NCBI RefSeq assembly: GCF_009914755.1
Contig: NC_060931.1
DNA from: the human T2T-CHM13v2.0 reference genome, Homo sapiens
DNA length: 64,000 nt
Strand: one strand, 5' to 3'
The notes under the pieces are model-generated. The model was not told the DNA's origin and ran no database searches. It saw only the letters and a list, made by a program, of their open reading frames with translations. Both the position numbers and the translations under genes were made by a program. Shown here in pieces: positions 1 through 14,160 of the stretch; within the stretch, counting starts at the first letter, position 1, and each line of letters opens with the position of its first letter.

Positions 1-1505
1 TTTGGTGCAAAACTCGGCAGAGAGTAATGATGAGTTATATTATCCCAGCTGCATGAGAGAATGCGGAGACGTTTCACTTTTCTGTATGATACCATACTCA
101 GTGACACAGAAACTATGTAGGTTCAATCCAGTGGCATGTCCTGGTTTCTGGTTTACTGTGTTGTCATAGCCATAGGAATGAGCTTTTCCTTAACTAGGCA
201 TAAGAATGGCCCACTCTAAAAGTGCATAAGATTAGCCAGTGTCTTGACCCCTCTTTTCCTATTGTAGCCTTCTATCTGAATCTGATGCTGCAGAGATAGC
301 ATTTTACCCAGTGTGACTTGTTTAAAGGCACTTCATTTCCAGTGGACTTTTCGAGGAAATCAGTAGGAAATGGTAAGTGCAGGCTCCGGAAATCAGGGAT
401 AACAAGTAAGGAGGTTGTTTGTTTACTTTACTATAAATGTTCAGGTCAGTTCCTATTTTGGTTACAATTCTGTCTTGGAGCCCTGATGGCTGCCACAGCC
501 ACTCACATCCATTCTTGTGGTTTTCAGTATTACCCGAGCCCTTTGAAAGGAATTATTGTCTGTAAGTCACAGCTGACTATTATTTACCCAAGATACAGTG
601 CAGAATTTCCATCAAACTGTCCGTTGTGTCACTTTGCAAATCAGGTGTCAAATGAAAGAAAAAGCCTCTTTCTTCTTAATATTTATTTCTTATTGTTTAT
701 TTAAATCATTGTTAAAAATAATAATGCTATTTATTTTCTTATGTTTATTAAGGAAGGGATGTTACAAATCCCAGGGATCCATCCAATAGCTATTTCTAAA
801 ATCATATATTAAGAAAGAAATGCAAAAATTGCATCTGTAAATTAAAATCCAAAAATAACCAATGAATGCCATGAATCATCTTGAAGTGCACAAAATATGT
901 AAACTGAGGCATTACTTAAATGAGGTTAACTGAAAATTAAAATAAATTTTAATAAAATTATAAATGAATAAAATATATCTTGCATAAAAAATGTATGAAA
1001 AGCAATATTAAAGGATCTATAAGGGTTATCAGCAAAATAGTATGAAATACATTTTAACATTGAGTAGAGCTGGAAGAAAAATATATTTTTCCTTGAAATA
1101 AAATATATAAAAACTTCTGTTTTCCTTTCACTATATAAATCATAATGGAGAAAATTCAAAATCTTGAATTGATTTAATGCAGAATATGAAGAAATACCAA
1201 AGCACAAATATTTTATAATGTTACAATTAATTAATTAACTGATTTTTGAAAACATTATTAAGGCAATGTTATCACACCATTGCACTTTTAAAAATGTGTG
1301 TCTCTCTATGCACTTCTATCATAATGATTTATATTTTTTCAGAATCTTTATTACAAGGTGCTGTGAAATGATCTGGTGTCACTCTATCAGATTCAGCAAA
1401 CTCCATGTCTTAGATCCTTTTAATTAAGTTCCATAAAATTCATAAACATTTTTAGTAAGTGTGGAAAATGCAATGAAGTTGCCTTTCTTCTTTGAAAGTA
1501 TTCTT

Positions 1506-1622
1506 GACCAGCCTGGCCAACATGGCAAAACCCTGTCTCTACTAAAAATACACAAATTAGCCGGATGTGATGGTGGACACCTGTAATCCCAGCTACTAAG
1601 GTGGCTGATGCAGGTGAATCTC
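1506..1622 (+). mobile_element. Internal Alu fragment, truncated at both ends
   Basis: gaccagcctggccaacatgg..ctactaaaaatac..cccagctact..caggtgaatc; no 5' end, no poly(A). Confidence 0.9.
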
Positions 1623-2247
1623 TAAAGTCATGATTAAGTGATTAAATTATCCTCCACAGGGCCTTGTGGATCATTAGTTTATTGAGGCTGCTGAACTAAC
1701 TACATCTGGGCTAACCGCAAGAATCCCTTAGTTTTTTGTATTAATAACAGGGAGAGAGAGGCAAAGATAGAGAGGGAGAGAGAGGAGAAAGTTCCCATAA
1801 AAGATGTGGGAAATGCCTTGAGGTGAATAATTTTAGAAATCACAAACACAAATTAAATCTGCTATCTCAGCCATTGAATGAGTTGATCCAATTATGAAAT
1901 CAAATATGCTTGACTGGGTTGATTCAGTCGTGAAATCAAATAAAGCTTCAGTTTGTATTAGAATATGCAGATAATTTGTAAGATAACTAGATAAGCATGG
2001 TTATTACCTTAAATTTTCAGACCAAATCAAATTCAGAACAATGAAACACTGCAGTGGTCATAACCATTAAGGAGTGTTGAATTAATTTCATTAACAATGT
2101 TTTCACTTAGAAATTGTCCATACTACTCTATTACATATACTAATAATAGCAATAATGACTAACATTATATTTATATTGTTAGTTATTAATATCTCAGTTA
2201 CGTAATATTTTGCATGGGTTCCTTTGAGCCTTACAGGAATTGTGTGA

Positions 2248-2554
<307 letters not shown>

Positions 2555-3143
2555 ATGAGTTGATTATCATCATACTTACACTGTTGATGAGCCAGAAAAG
2601 GTAATATATTTGTTCAAATCTATTACTTATCATCTGTGTGTTAAAAGCTATAAATAGGTAAATTAGCCATTTCTATTCATCCTCAGGTATTATCTCACTG
2701 AATATTTTAATGTAATTTGTTAATGGTAAAATGTAGCTTTTTGACGTTAATAGATTTTTGTTTGTTCAATTATACTTTTAGCCTTGTATTATTGAAGATT
2801 TTTCTACTTTTCAAATAATTTTCACAAAAACTATTAGAGTTGTTTCTCACAGTGATATATGTGTTGTCTCACTTAATAGATGAGAAGCTAAAGCCCAAAG
2901 AAAGTTAGCATACTTGCTCAGTACATTCATGAGTCAGTAGGGGTATCAGCACAAAATTCTCAACCTCTCTGGGTTCTTACTTCATTGTGCTTTCTATTTA
3001 CTCCTTTCCAGAAGTTTCAAATTATGCATCATTTAGGGATAGTATAAAATTTGATAGAAGAACACACTTTTTTTTTTTTGATCCACTGTTACATAACCAG
3101 AAAAACATTTGCTCTACTATGAAGGTGTAAAGGGACTTTCAGT

Positions 3144-3608
3144 TGACAGATTCTCTCCTTACCTAACTCTAGTCAGACTCTCCTGAACTCTCTTCACAAG
3201 AAGGCCCTGACTTTCCGATTTCCATGTTCATCTCCGCTTGGTCCAGTTTTCACAAGAATCCTGTTGAGTCAGTTTACAGAAATTCTCCCACCATTGATAT
3301 GTGTGATCAAATTCCTGCCCCACTGCCCTGCCTCACTGTCAATATCTTATCACCCTGGCTGCCTTCAGTAATAATCCTGCCTAATCAATTTATCCACAAT
3401 TCCCATTACTCCGATGTTTCCTCTTGGCAATTTTCCACCCACTGACTCCCACTTTGCTTCTTAGCTATAAATTTCCACTTATCCTTGTATTCAGCATACC
3501 CTGTTATTAAGCTCAATCTCTTACCCCCATTACAAAACTTCATTGCAGCAGTACCCCTGAATAAAGTCTGCCTTACCATCTTTAATACGTGTCATGAATA
3601 TTTTAACA
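3144..3608 (+). mobile_element. Solo ERV1-class LTR, MER31-like
   Basis: Starts TGACAGATTCTCTCCTTACCTAACTCTAGTCAG (resembles the MER31 5' end), TATA-like ctataaa ~3465, AATAAA ~3560, ends ..TAACA. Confidence 0.7.
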
Positions 3609-4775
3609 TAATAACTATATGTTTAATATATAATTTTCAAGGATGAATTTCCCATGTTTGCTAATGTACAGGTATTAAGGATGGGGGATACCTGTGCTTT
3701 GTGATCCTTTATCTAACTTCCTTCACCTATAGGCAACATTGCTGCTAGATTGAGTCAGTCTTTTCCCAGGAACTCAGATTCCAACTCTAAATCCTTCTAA
3801 ACATATACATCATTGTAGGCAACTGTAACAAATCAATCAAGTTGTCGCTTGAAAATATCTATGTATCTATATACACATGTACAGTTTGATTTATGCCTTT
3901 AGGCAACACACAGAATACATTTATTCTAAATCCTTTTAAATACAGATAAAACTTTTAAACATATTGCTTTGTATTTTAAACATCCCCAAATATCAGTTAA
4001 ACATAAAATTATATAAAATTATATATTTTTAAAATTCTGTAATTCATTTGAATTAATTTATTTAAATGATTATAAAACTACTTTTCATGGTCTGTGCAAA
4101 TACTGGGCTATTCCTCAAACCAGTCACCCACTTAATTTTCCTGACAGTTTACTTTACAAAAAATGGCCTCTATCTTTTTACAATGCTAAAACCATTGTAG
4201 GGATTGCTTACTATTCATCTTTCACTCCAGAGTGCCTAGGACAATTCCTATTGCATGGTCCTTTTTCAACCCATATTTATTTAAAGGATGAATACATGGA
4301 AGGAAAGGAGAGAGGAAGAAAGAAAGGATGAAAGGAAAGAAAAAAGATGGAGAAGGAAAAAGAAAAGGAAAGAGGAGATAAAAGGAAAAAAATGGGAAGA
4401 AGAAAAGATACGTAATTTAATTATGACTCAGAAATGGAAACATTTCATATCATTTCAAGAAGAATTCAAGGGGAATTAACATGAAAATCAACCTGTGGAA
4501 AGAAGTTGACTTATTGAATATAAGTATGTATGCTACAAAGTCACATTTTGTTAATTAGTTTTTCCATATATAAATAACCAAAGAGACCATATTTTTGCTT
4601 TAAGGAATATTCTTATTTTTACATACATTCTATACATAAATCTGTCAGTGTTCCAAAATTGAATACTATCATTTTATTTCTCAAGGGTGATTAAGTTTAA
4701 AAGTAAAATGTGGTGCTTCACAGAACACTAAACAAAAATAGATGACAGAGTAATAAATTACTTATGTAATTACTG

Positions 4776-5145
4776 CAGGTCGAGCATCCCTAATTCAAAA
4801 TCCTGAAATCTGCAATCCTCCAAAATCTGAAATTTTTTGAGCACCCACATGACCCACAAGTGGAAAATTCCGCACCTGACCTCATGTGATTAGTCACATT
4901 CAAAATGCAGACACACAGCACAGTTTTTTTCAGCATCCCCGAGGGAAAAATAAAATTACCTTTAGGCTATGGTTATACTATGTATATGAAACATAAATAA
5001 ATTTTGCTTTTAGTATTGGGTTCTATCCTAAAGATATCTTATTATATATATGAAAAGATTCTAACCCCTTCCCCACACACACAAAAAAATCAGAAATTTG
5101 AAACACTTTTGTCCCAAGCATTTTGAATGAAGGATACTCAACCTG
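4776..5145 (-). mobile_element. Tigger4b (Zombi/MER46 group) non-autonomous TcMar-Tigger element
   Basis: TIRs caggtcgagcatcc / ggatactcaacctg followed by TA; ~370 bp; internal gtcccaagcatttt motif. Confidence 0.85.
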
Positions 5146-5173
5146 TATAATAATTTAGTAGGTTAATGCTTAC

Positions 5174-5236
5174 CAGGATGTCTTTTCCAGCCCACTTGCA
5201 TTCATCTCTTCTGGTGTAAGATACTGGCCACACAAT
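5174..5236 (-). CDS. SEMA3A: SEMA3A exon 3 (63 bp, phase 0-0), IVWPVSYTRRDECKWAGKDIL, Sema domain
   Basis: Reverse complement reads ..tctctgtccttag|ATTGTGTGGCCA..GACATCCTG|gtaagc. In frame with the end of exon 2. Not in the ORF track. Confidence 0.96.
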
Positions 5237-7819
5237 CTAAGGACAGAGAATAAACATTGTTTTATGTCAACTAAGTTGTCTAAGAGATCCAACACCATAT
5301 AGTCTTTTAGATGACATTGGGGCAACTGAAGTAAAGAAAGTTCCATAAAGACTGTTTCAGGAAACTTTCACTTTAGACCTTCCAGTGGCGCCAGTTAATT
5401 GGTGTGAACATAAGTCATTGATTCTCCATCTACCCAATAGCCTTTGCTATATATAAAAGTTGAGCAAGAGAGAAACTGGTGTAGACAATAGATCTAAGCA
5501 GTGTAGTATGGCAAGAACTAGCACACAGATTGGGAGAGGGAGATCTTGAGAGAACGTGAGAATTTAGTGAAGAGAAGTAGAAACTGGCATAGAATATGGC
5601 TCAGATTCTTCTAAATTAGTCTTTATCATGAAATAGTGATTTTGCAGTTTTAACATTTGGGTGCTTTGGATACATTTCCCTGAAACAAATCTCAGCATGA
5701 CATTTTAGAATAAGTAACTGAAAGGATTAAAAAAATACTTAGAATGGAAACTTCTCTTTTTTCTCCTCTTGACTTTTTTTTTTTTTTGGAAAGGGAAAAT
5801 ATTTAAAAGTAGCATGGTATATGTTAGAGAAATAAAGGTAGACTGAAGAAACAAACAAATAGCTCTAAAAGACAATCACCCTCTCTAATGTGGGCTAAAA
5901 GACTAGTTGAGAAACAATTATTTGTGTTTTTATCCCTCATATTTAGTCTTCATCCTTCCAAAACGTCCCATATTGTGTGAATACAGTGACAGTAGTAGAT
6001 GAACTATGATGTTAATGGTGGCTTGGAGGACAGTGGATTCATCCCCCCAACAATATTAATCCAAATACTCTCATTTGATTTTAATATAAAATCCCCTGAG
6101 CAATTCCAATGACTCCTATCTGTATAGGGGCAGAACAGTTTGGGTTTTTTTATTCATTTTTCCTTTCTAGTAATATTATGAATAGTTAATTTCAGTGGGA
6201 AAAAAGTCATATATAAAAAAACAGAAATGATGGCACTTAATCATTCATGTCTGCTGGAAAGCTTTTAGCCTAAAATGACTGATTGTCATTCATTTGGGAA
6301 CCTCCAGATAATTCAGTATAAATGATCATCAACTTGGGCAAAGGCTATGATATTCAATCTGGAGAATTACAAAGCAAAACAAAACACATTTACAAACAAG
6401 GATTTGGCACATATTGAAGTAGTGTATGATGACTTGATAAATGCATTTCAGGTCCATGTCAAAACAATATACCCTAAAAATTATTGGATAGGCATTCATT
6501 TTTAACATTAAGTTCTAAATTTGAGTATTCTTTCTATCTTATGTGCTTTCCTTTTCACATTTGCCTGCATATGTAAATTAAAATTATAGTTGAGTTGTTC
6601 CACAGGCTTTTACAAAGTAGTCACATAAAAACATTCAAGAATTCAAGATCAGTAAGTGTATCATTCTGATAATTAACATTACTCTGACTACTGAATTTCT
6701 AGAATGATTGCTGGGCAATCCCAGCAGTTGAGTCTTCACATTGGAGATGGAAAGGCAAGGGGATCTATTTTTATTTAAAGTTTATAATGGAAGAGGGTAA
6801 AACATAACTTTTCTCTAGGGCATAACAATAATAATATATAACAGTTAAGATTTACTGACTTTCATATTCAGCTTTCCAGCTAAATTGTGCTGAAATCACT
6901 GATTGTTAAAACATATATATGTTTAAAAACAAAAGTTACAATATAAAAATATATATACTTAAAAAGACAAGTTGTTTTCTCATAGTTTCCTAGCTCTCGT
7001 TGCTTAATTGTTGAGACAGTATAGACCTCATTTTATGATTCTCTGTGATTCTTTTATCTAAGTAAAATATTTATAAACAATAATTTGTATAATATTCATG
7101 CTAAAAATTCTTAGACTTAAAAGGGCCTTTTAAGTTTCCAGAGTTCCAGGGTTAATAATAATAATAATAGCAAATAAAAGTTTAGAAATCTGACATGAGT
7201 AAAATAAATTTTGATGTAGAAATGTTCTTTTGGAGAGCAATTTAATGAGGGTAAGTATAAGCCAGTGGAACAAAAGTAAATGTATGTTTAATAGTCTTTT
7301 AAGTATTCATTTCCATAAAGAGTAATTACTAATGTTTTGGATGGATTTGTTTAACTGTTGGTGGTTGGAATTCTCTTTTTATTCTTTGCTCACAAATTTC
7401 TCAGTTAACTATCTAAATTTCTTATTCTCATTTTCAAAGTGCTTCATAATCTATTTTGTACTTTTTCATCCTTATGCCTCTACACTTCCACTCATGGCAG
7501 GCCCACTTACACATGTTATATAATAAGCATTTATGCTTTAAAGAGATTGTACCCTTTTATCAAAGCCAAGAATCTTTCCACAGTTCTTCCAAACCTGAAC
7601 ATGTGTTTTTGCCTCGAAGAGGGATTTGCCTAGTATTTGCCCATAAGATTACTATTTTATCTTTACTGTTAACCTTGTAAGGTCATCAAGAATTATTAAT
7701 AACAAACCATAAATCTCCTGTAGTGTTCATCACAATAGGCGCTTAGAAGAAAGCTATTTGAACATTACATATACATAGGTTAAAAGGAATATTAAAACAC
7801 TCCAAATATATGTATAAAC

Positions 7820-7822
<3 letters not shown>

Positions 7823-7857
<35 letters not shown>

Positions 7858-8162
7858 TTTTGCGACAAGGTCTCACTCTATTGCCCAGGCTGGAATGCAG
7901 TGGTATGATCACAGCTCACTGCAGGCTTGACCTCCAGGGCAATGATTGTCCTGCCGCAGCCTTTAGGCTAGCTGTGACTACAGGCATGTGCCACCATGCC
8001 CAGCTTATCTGTGTATTTTATTTATTTATTTATGTATTTATTTTGTAGCGACAGGGTTTCACTATGTTGCACAGGCTGGTCTCAAACTCCTAGACACCAG
8101 CAATCTGCAGGGCTTGGCCTCCCAACCTGCTGGGATTACAGGTGTGAGCCACCATACCCAGC
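7823..8162 (-). mobile_element. AluJ-type with (TTTA)n tail
   Basis: Diverged antisense Alu; tail expanded to a TTTA microsatellite (7823-7861). Confidence 0.92.
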
Positions 8163-8667
8163 TGATATAAATTCTTAAGTAAATTGGGTTCATTTGTATA
8201 AACAATGTGATATAATTAAAATAAATAATCTGTTTGTAATAGGATGTTTTTAAAATTAGAAATATACCCTTTATTATTAGTAGAATGATTTTAAACTCAA
8301 AGGCAAGTGCTATAACAAGAAGATCACGATTTTGGACAAATCATTTACCTTGTAATTCATTATTTTAAGATAGTTCATTTTAAGTATATTTGGTAAAAGA
8401 TACTGTGATATATTCTGAGTGTACAAATGGCTGTAGAATTTTCTTAGCTGTAAGATTTTTATTTTATAATTTGATTATTTTCAGTTTTAGAAATAATTGA
8501 ATAGTTTAACCACATTCAGAATATATACTCACAGAAAAATGTTAAATAAATTAAATATATAATCTTAGGTATTCTATGCTCATAAAGCTATCTATCTGTA
8601 GATATATACATATATGAATATCACAAAATGATAAATTATTATAAATACCTACAATTTTAACTGATAA

Positions 8668-9026
<359 letters not shown>

Positions 9027-9774
9027 TATTTTGTGCTCATTTTATAAAGAATGGTTTTCTTTTGGTAAAACAACAACAAAAATCTGCTAATTTTATGATA
9101 TTTTCAAAAGACTAAGATAAATACTTATCATTTCAGAAAAACAAATGAATAACCAGTATTTTTCGATAATAGATAACAGGCATTTATTCCTATCATCTGA
9201 GGGGGCTTTGAAATCAATTGAATTGAAAAATCAAAATAGAAATACCCGAAGTGATTTTTAAAGTTGGCATATCACAATTCTAAAATACATTATAAGTGTA
9301 TTACCATTTTATATGACTCTATATATAATGAATCAAATTTCTTTATGCTGTGGTCAGATTTTTAGTGTTCAGGTAATGGAAGAAAAGAAAATGTCTTAGG
9401 TTTATGCTATACTCTATTAAAAATGTAAATCAGCTTTGAATTTAAAACTGCATTTTATCCCAAAAGCAACCCTCTCCAACCAGAATAAAAGCTTTTAAAA
9501 ATTCTGTCACTTCTTAAAAATTATCATCAAATCTGCTATTGGTTGTGAGTAGTTGGGGCATACCAGTTCAAAGCCCTCAATGTTAAGAAGTAAAACTAAT
9601 ACAAATAGAAACAGACAGGGATGTATTCCAAAATGAAATTCTACTATTACCTTTATGAAAGCTACTGCATAAAGACCTTTATTCTTCAGATAATTATTAT
9701 CAGAAATACTGACTGTGATAAAATGGTTCACTTAGACACAACACATATAGACTTAGTAGCACAATTTTCACTAA

Positions 9775-10140
<366 letters not shown>

Positions 10141-10256
10141 TATAGCTTATTAATGAAATGAGCCAGAAATACTATAAAGAATAAAGATAGAACTTATATC
10201 CTGCTGATGTCTGCATGACCACATTTTTAAAAATCTGATACTTTGATCTCCTAGAT

Positions 10257-10455
10257 CAGGGTTTGGCAAATTTTTTGTTTAAAAGGCCAGATAGTAAATC
10301 ATTTTTGTAGACCAGTTGATACCCTTTGTAACTATTGAATTCTGCTGTTGTAGCACAAAAACAGACATAGGCAATATGTCAATGAATGGGAGTGCTTGTG
10401 TTTCAATAAAACTTTATTTACAAACACTGATAGCATGCCAAATTAGGCATGTGGG
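10257..10455. mobile_element. MER58A-like hAT-Charlie MITE
   Basis: cagggtttggcaaa..aaaggccagatagtaaat..caataaaactttatttacaaa. Confidence 0.7.
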
Positions 10456-10846
10456 TAATGGATAGATGAACTCTTCATTTTCTGGAAATACAGAGAAATA
10501 TAAATTTATACCTACACACATATAAATAGTTCATGAAGTCAATTATGATGTATTGCTACGATGGTTCAAGTATTTACTTTTATGTAGGAAAAATAGATAT
10601 GAAAGGGTAAGCTGAAGTTCATATTTCTTATAATGATTACTGCAAATACTGTGGTTTCATCCTTGATATTTTTTGATTTATTGCATCCATTGATTCATTA
10701 CTGTCATTTTTATTTGCATCAGAAAAGACAAACTATTAATTCAAAACAATTTTCTGTCAGTAATCATGCTTTTAAATAGCTAGAGAATTATCTATAACTT
10801 GAGATGCTTCAAAATAACTATAGTGCATATATTAGAATACTGATAC

Positions 10847-11004
10847 CTTTTGAAAATCCTTGATATTAACCAGGTCGAATGAAAATATGTGATCCTTTGC
10901 TCCAACATACAGCCTACTCCGTTCCTCATCCAAAAGGAAGGTATGATAACTGGAGCTGTTGGCCAAGCCATTGAAAGTGATCACATTGTTGGATTCCAAC
11001 ATTT
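10847..11004 (-). CDS. SEMA3A: SEMA3A exon 2 (158 bp, phase 1-0), (E)MLESNNVITFNGLANSSSYHTFLLDEERSRLYVGAKDHIFSFDLVNIKDFQK
   Basis: ORF 10832-11023 contains the recognisable Sema-domain N-terminus. Acceptor ttgcag|AAATG at 11005-11006, donor AAG|gtatca at 10846-10845. Confidence 0.97.
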
Positions 11005-11079
11005 CTGCAAGGTAACAAAGCAAAACATTGGGTATTAATGTGAAGCACTATATAAGCATAGACTGTTGGTACATGGTAA

Positions 11080-11473
<394 letters not shown>

Positions 11474-12962
11474 TAAAATGAGAGTTATATTCCTATTTGC
11501 TGGTTTCATACTTAATATGGTGCAGTCCTAAAGAAGAGAGGAAGTGAAATAACTTGTCTATACACACTGATCTGGCAGAATTTATTTGCATGTAGTAATG
11601 GATTAGACTGATCAATATTGTGTATAAATGTATTTAATTTTACAAAAACTTTTTAAAAGTGGTTTCATTTGTTCCAAGCCATTAGATAGAAGGATAAGCA
11701 CAGAACCTAACAAAATAGGAATGTGGGGGAAACATCCGGTTTAACCTCTTAGGTTCCTTGAGGCCTCTTTTATTTGAAATATTTTAATATGTCTTTTTGA
11801 TCATTAAATGATTCACTGTACTGCCTAAATTCTTTCAAGCATTTTGGAGCTGATATATAGAGAGAAACTGAGATGAGGCTTTCATGAAAACATGAATTAA
11901 ATTAATTTTACCATCTGACTTCAATTTTTCATTTGTTTTTGCTCTCCAGTTTGCTTCTGCTGTGAATAGGCAAATACTAAACAATATACCTATACTTTAG
12001 TGACAGGAACACTTTCAGATTAAAAATAACATTAAATATAAGTCCATTTTTGTGCTTGGAAGCTAATTAATTATTGGCTTCTTAAAAATATGTTTTGCTC
12101 AATGCATGCACACATGTACACACACACACCCCACCCCCATGGGATAGAATTTTTGAGGATTCTCCAAAACTGTATGTCCTGAATCAGTGCTTTAGATTTT
12201 TCGGGTGCACACTTAGTAGGAAATTTTCATCAGCATCCAGAAAAATGTAGAATGCGATGTGCCTTCCGAAGAGAGAAAGCTGCAATGTAGACCTGTCCTC
12301 TGTTCCAGCTATTAACATCAGGAAACATATATTAGCCATGTGATCGATTGCCTTGCTTTATCTATTTGTCCTACTGACCTCTTCATTTTATCATTTTATC
12401 ATCAAAAATATGATTTCAACAGAGGATAAAATTCATACTCTTTAACTTAGCACTAAAGGTCAGATCACTATCATTTAAATTTAGACCCTATCCCAGTACT
12501 TCTCATGTCCTCTATCATGCGGGAAACCATGCACTGTGCTCATTCACTCTTTGGCCTTTGTTGCTATTTTTCCTGACTCCAACAGCTACAGAATAGAGCC
12601 ACGCTTAAAGCTAGTTCAAATGCAACTGCCAAGAAATTCTCAGAGAGCTTCCTGTTACATTTTGCTTGAATTACTCTTATAACCTGCATCCCACTGTCAA
12701 TTATTGCAATCTTATCTACCAGAATGAACATTCCCTGCGGAAATATATAATTAATAGCTCATCATGCCTAACTCACATTTTTTTTTCATATTACCTGGTC
12801 AACAATGTAAAATGGAATATCTATCTTTTTATATATTTACCTATCCTATAGACAAAAATTGTTAACAAATTGTTAAAAGATATTTTTCTCATTTCTTCAT
12901 GAGAAATAGTACAATACTAGGCTGGCCTTACTCCCTACCCCACCCCACTCTCCACACACACA

Positions 12963-13058
12963 AAAAAAAGAAGAAGGGGAGGAAGGAAGGGAGGGAGGGA
13001 AGGAGGGAGGGAAGAAGGAAGGAAGGAAGGAAGGAAGGAAGGAAGGAAGGAAGGAAAA
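12963..13058 (+). repeat. Purine tract with (GGAA)10
   Basis: Ten consecutive GGAA at 13017-13056, preceded by GGGA/GGAA units. Confidence 0.95.
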
Positions 13059-13167
13059 GAGTTTGTATTCATGTGAATCACAGCTGAAATAAATGAGAGC
13101 TGTTAGTCTCCAGAGAGGAGGGACAGAAAATCCACTACATAATATCTAAATTGAAATGGCATTTATT

Positions 13168-13481
<314 letters not shown>

Positions 13482-13924
13482 TCATTGGCATCCAAAAGAT
13501 TACAAATGATCAATGCTATGCTACCCAGAGTCAATAAAAGTCTGAAATTTCAGGCACTCTGAGTTGTGTGAGGATGGAAACGGGCTGCTGCCAGAGGCAC
13601 GGGCTGTATCACTGGATATGTTCAGGCCCTGATTGAATGGTCATTCAAAGAGATCTGTTTATCAAATGGATACCCTTCATCCTTACTTCCAATTCTAAGA
13701 TCTGTAATTCTACCTTAGTTTCAGAGAGGCCAAACTTTAAAAAAAAAAAAAAAAAAAAAAGCCACCTCAGCCTAAACCAAAAAAATTACATAGAGATATT
13801 AAGCAATGAAAGGGCCATGTAAGAGGTACAAGAATGGATTTTAATTGCAAATGCATAGAAACTACATAAGGGATCTCTAAGCATCAATTGGAAGAAGTTG
13901 TAGGAAAATAAATACTATAGCTAC

Positions 13925-14160
13925 AGATTTTGGAGTTATACAGTTATAAGTAAGAACACAAGCCATCACCACAGTACTTATCTTTTAGATGTGCAAACTA
14001 GGACAAGTTCCTTAAACTCCCTGGTCCCAAGTTTTATAGAAGATGGGATGAATAATGTATCTTTTAAGAGTTAATGTATCTTTTAAGAGTTACTGAGGTG
14101 AAATTAGATAATGCCTATAAAAATACTAGAACAAGCATTTCCTAGTAAGCACTCAATTAA
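13925..14160 (+). mobile_element. MIR, containing a perfect 19-bp tandem duplication (14053-14090)
   Basis: ggacaagttccttaaactc..gagg..attagataatg..agtaagcactcaat MIR motifs. Confidence 0.6.

Noticed and set aside
318-704. 128-aa plus-strand ORF
   Set aside because: Non-ATG start, no recognisable family, low-complexity hydrophobic tail from AT-rich DNA.
1879-1951. Degenerate ~36-bp tandem duplication (similar small ones at 14902-14960, 23113-23155, 62616-62637)
   Set aside because: Ordinary slippage duplications with no sign of function.
4288-4479. Lys/Glu/Arg-rich 63-aa ORF
   Set aside because: Translation of a GA-rich low-complexity tract.
13739-13760. Orphan A22 tract as a fully truncated retroposon
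   Set aside because: No convincing TSD; slippage expansion is sufficient.
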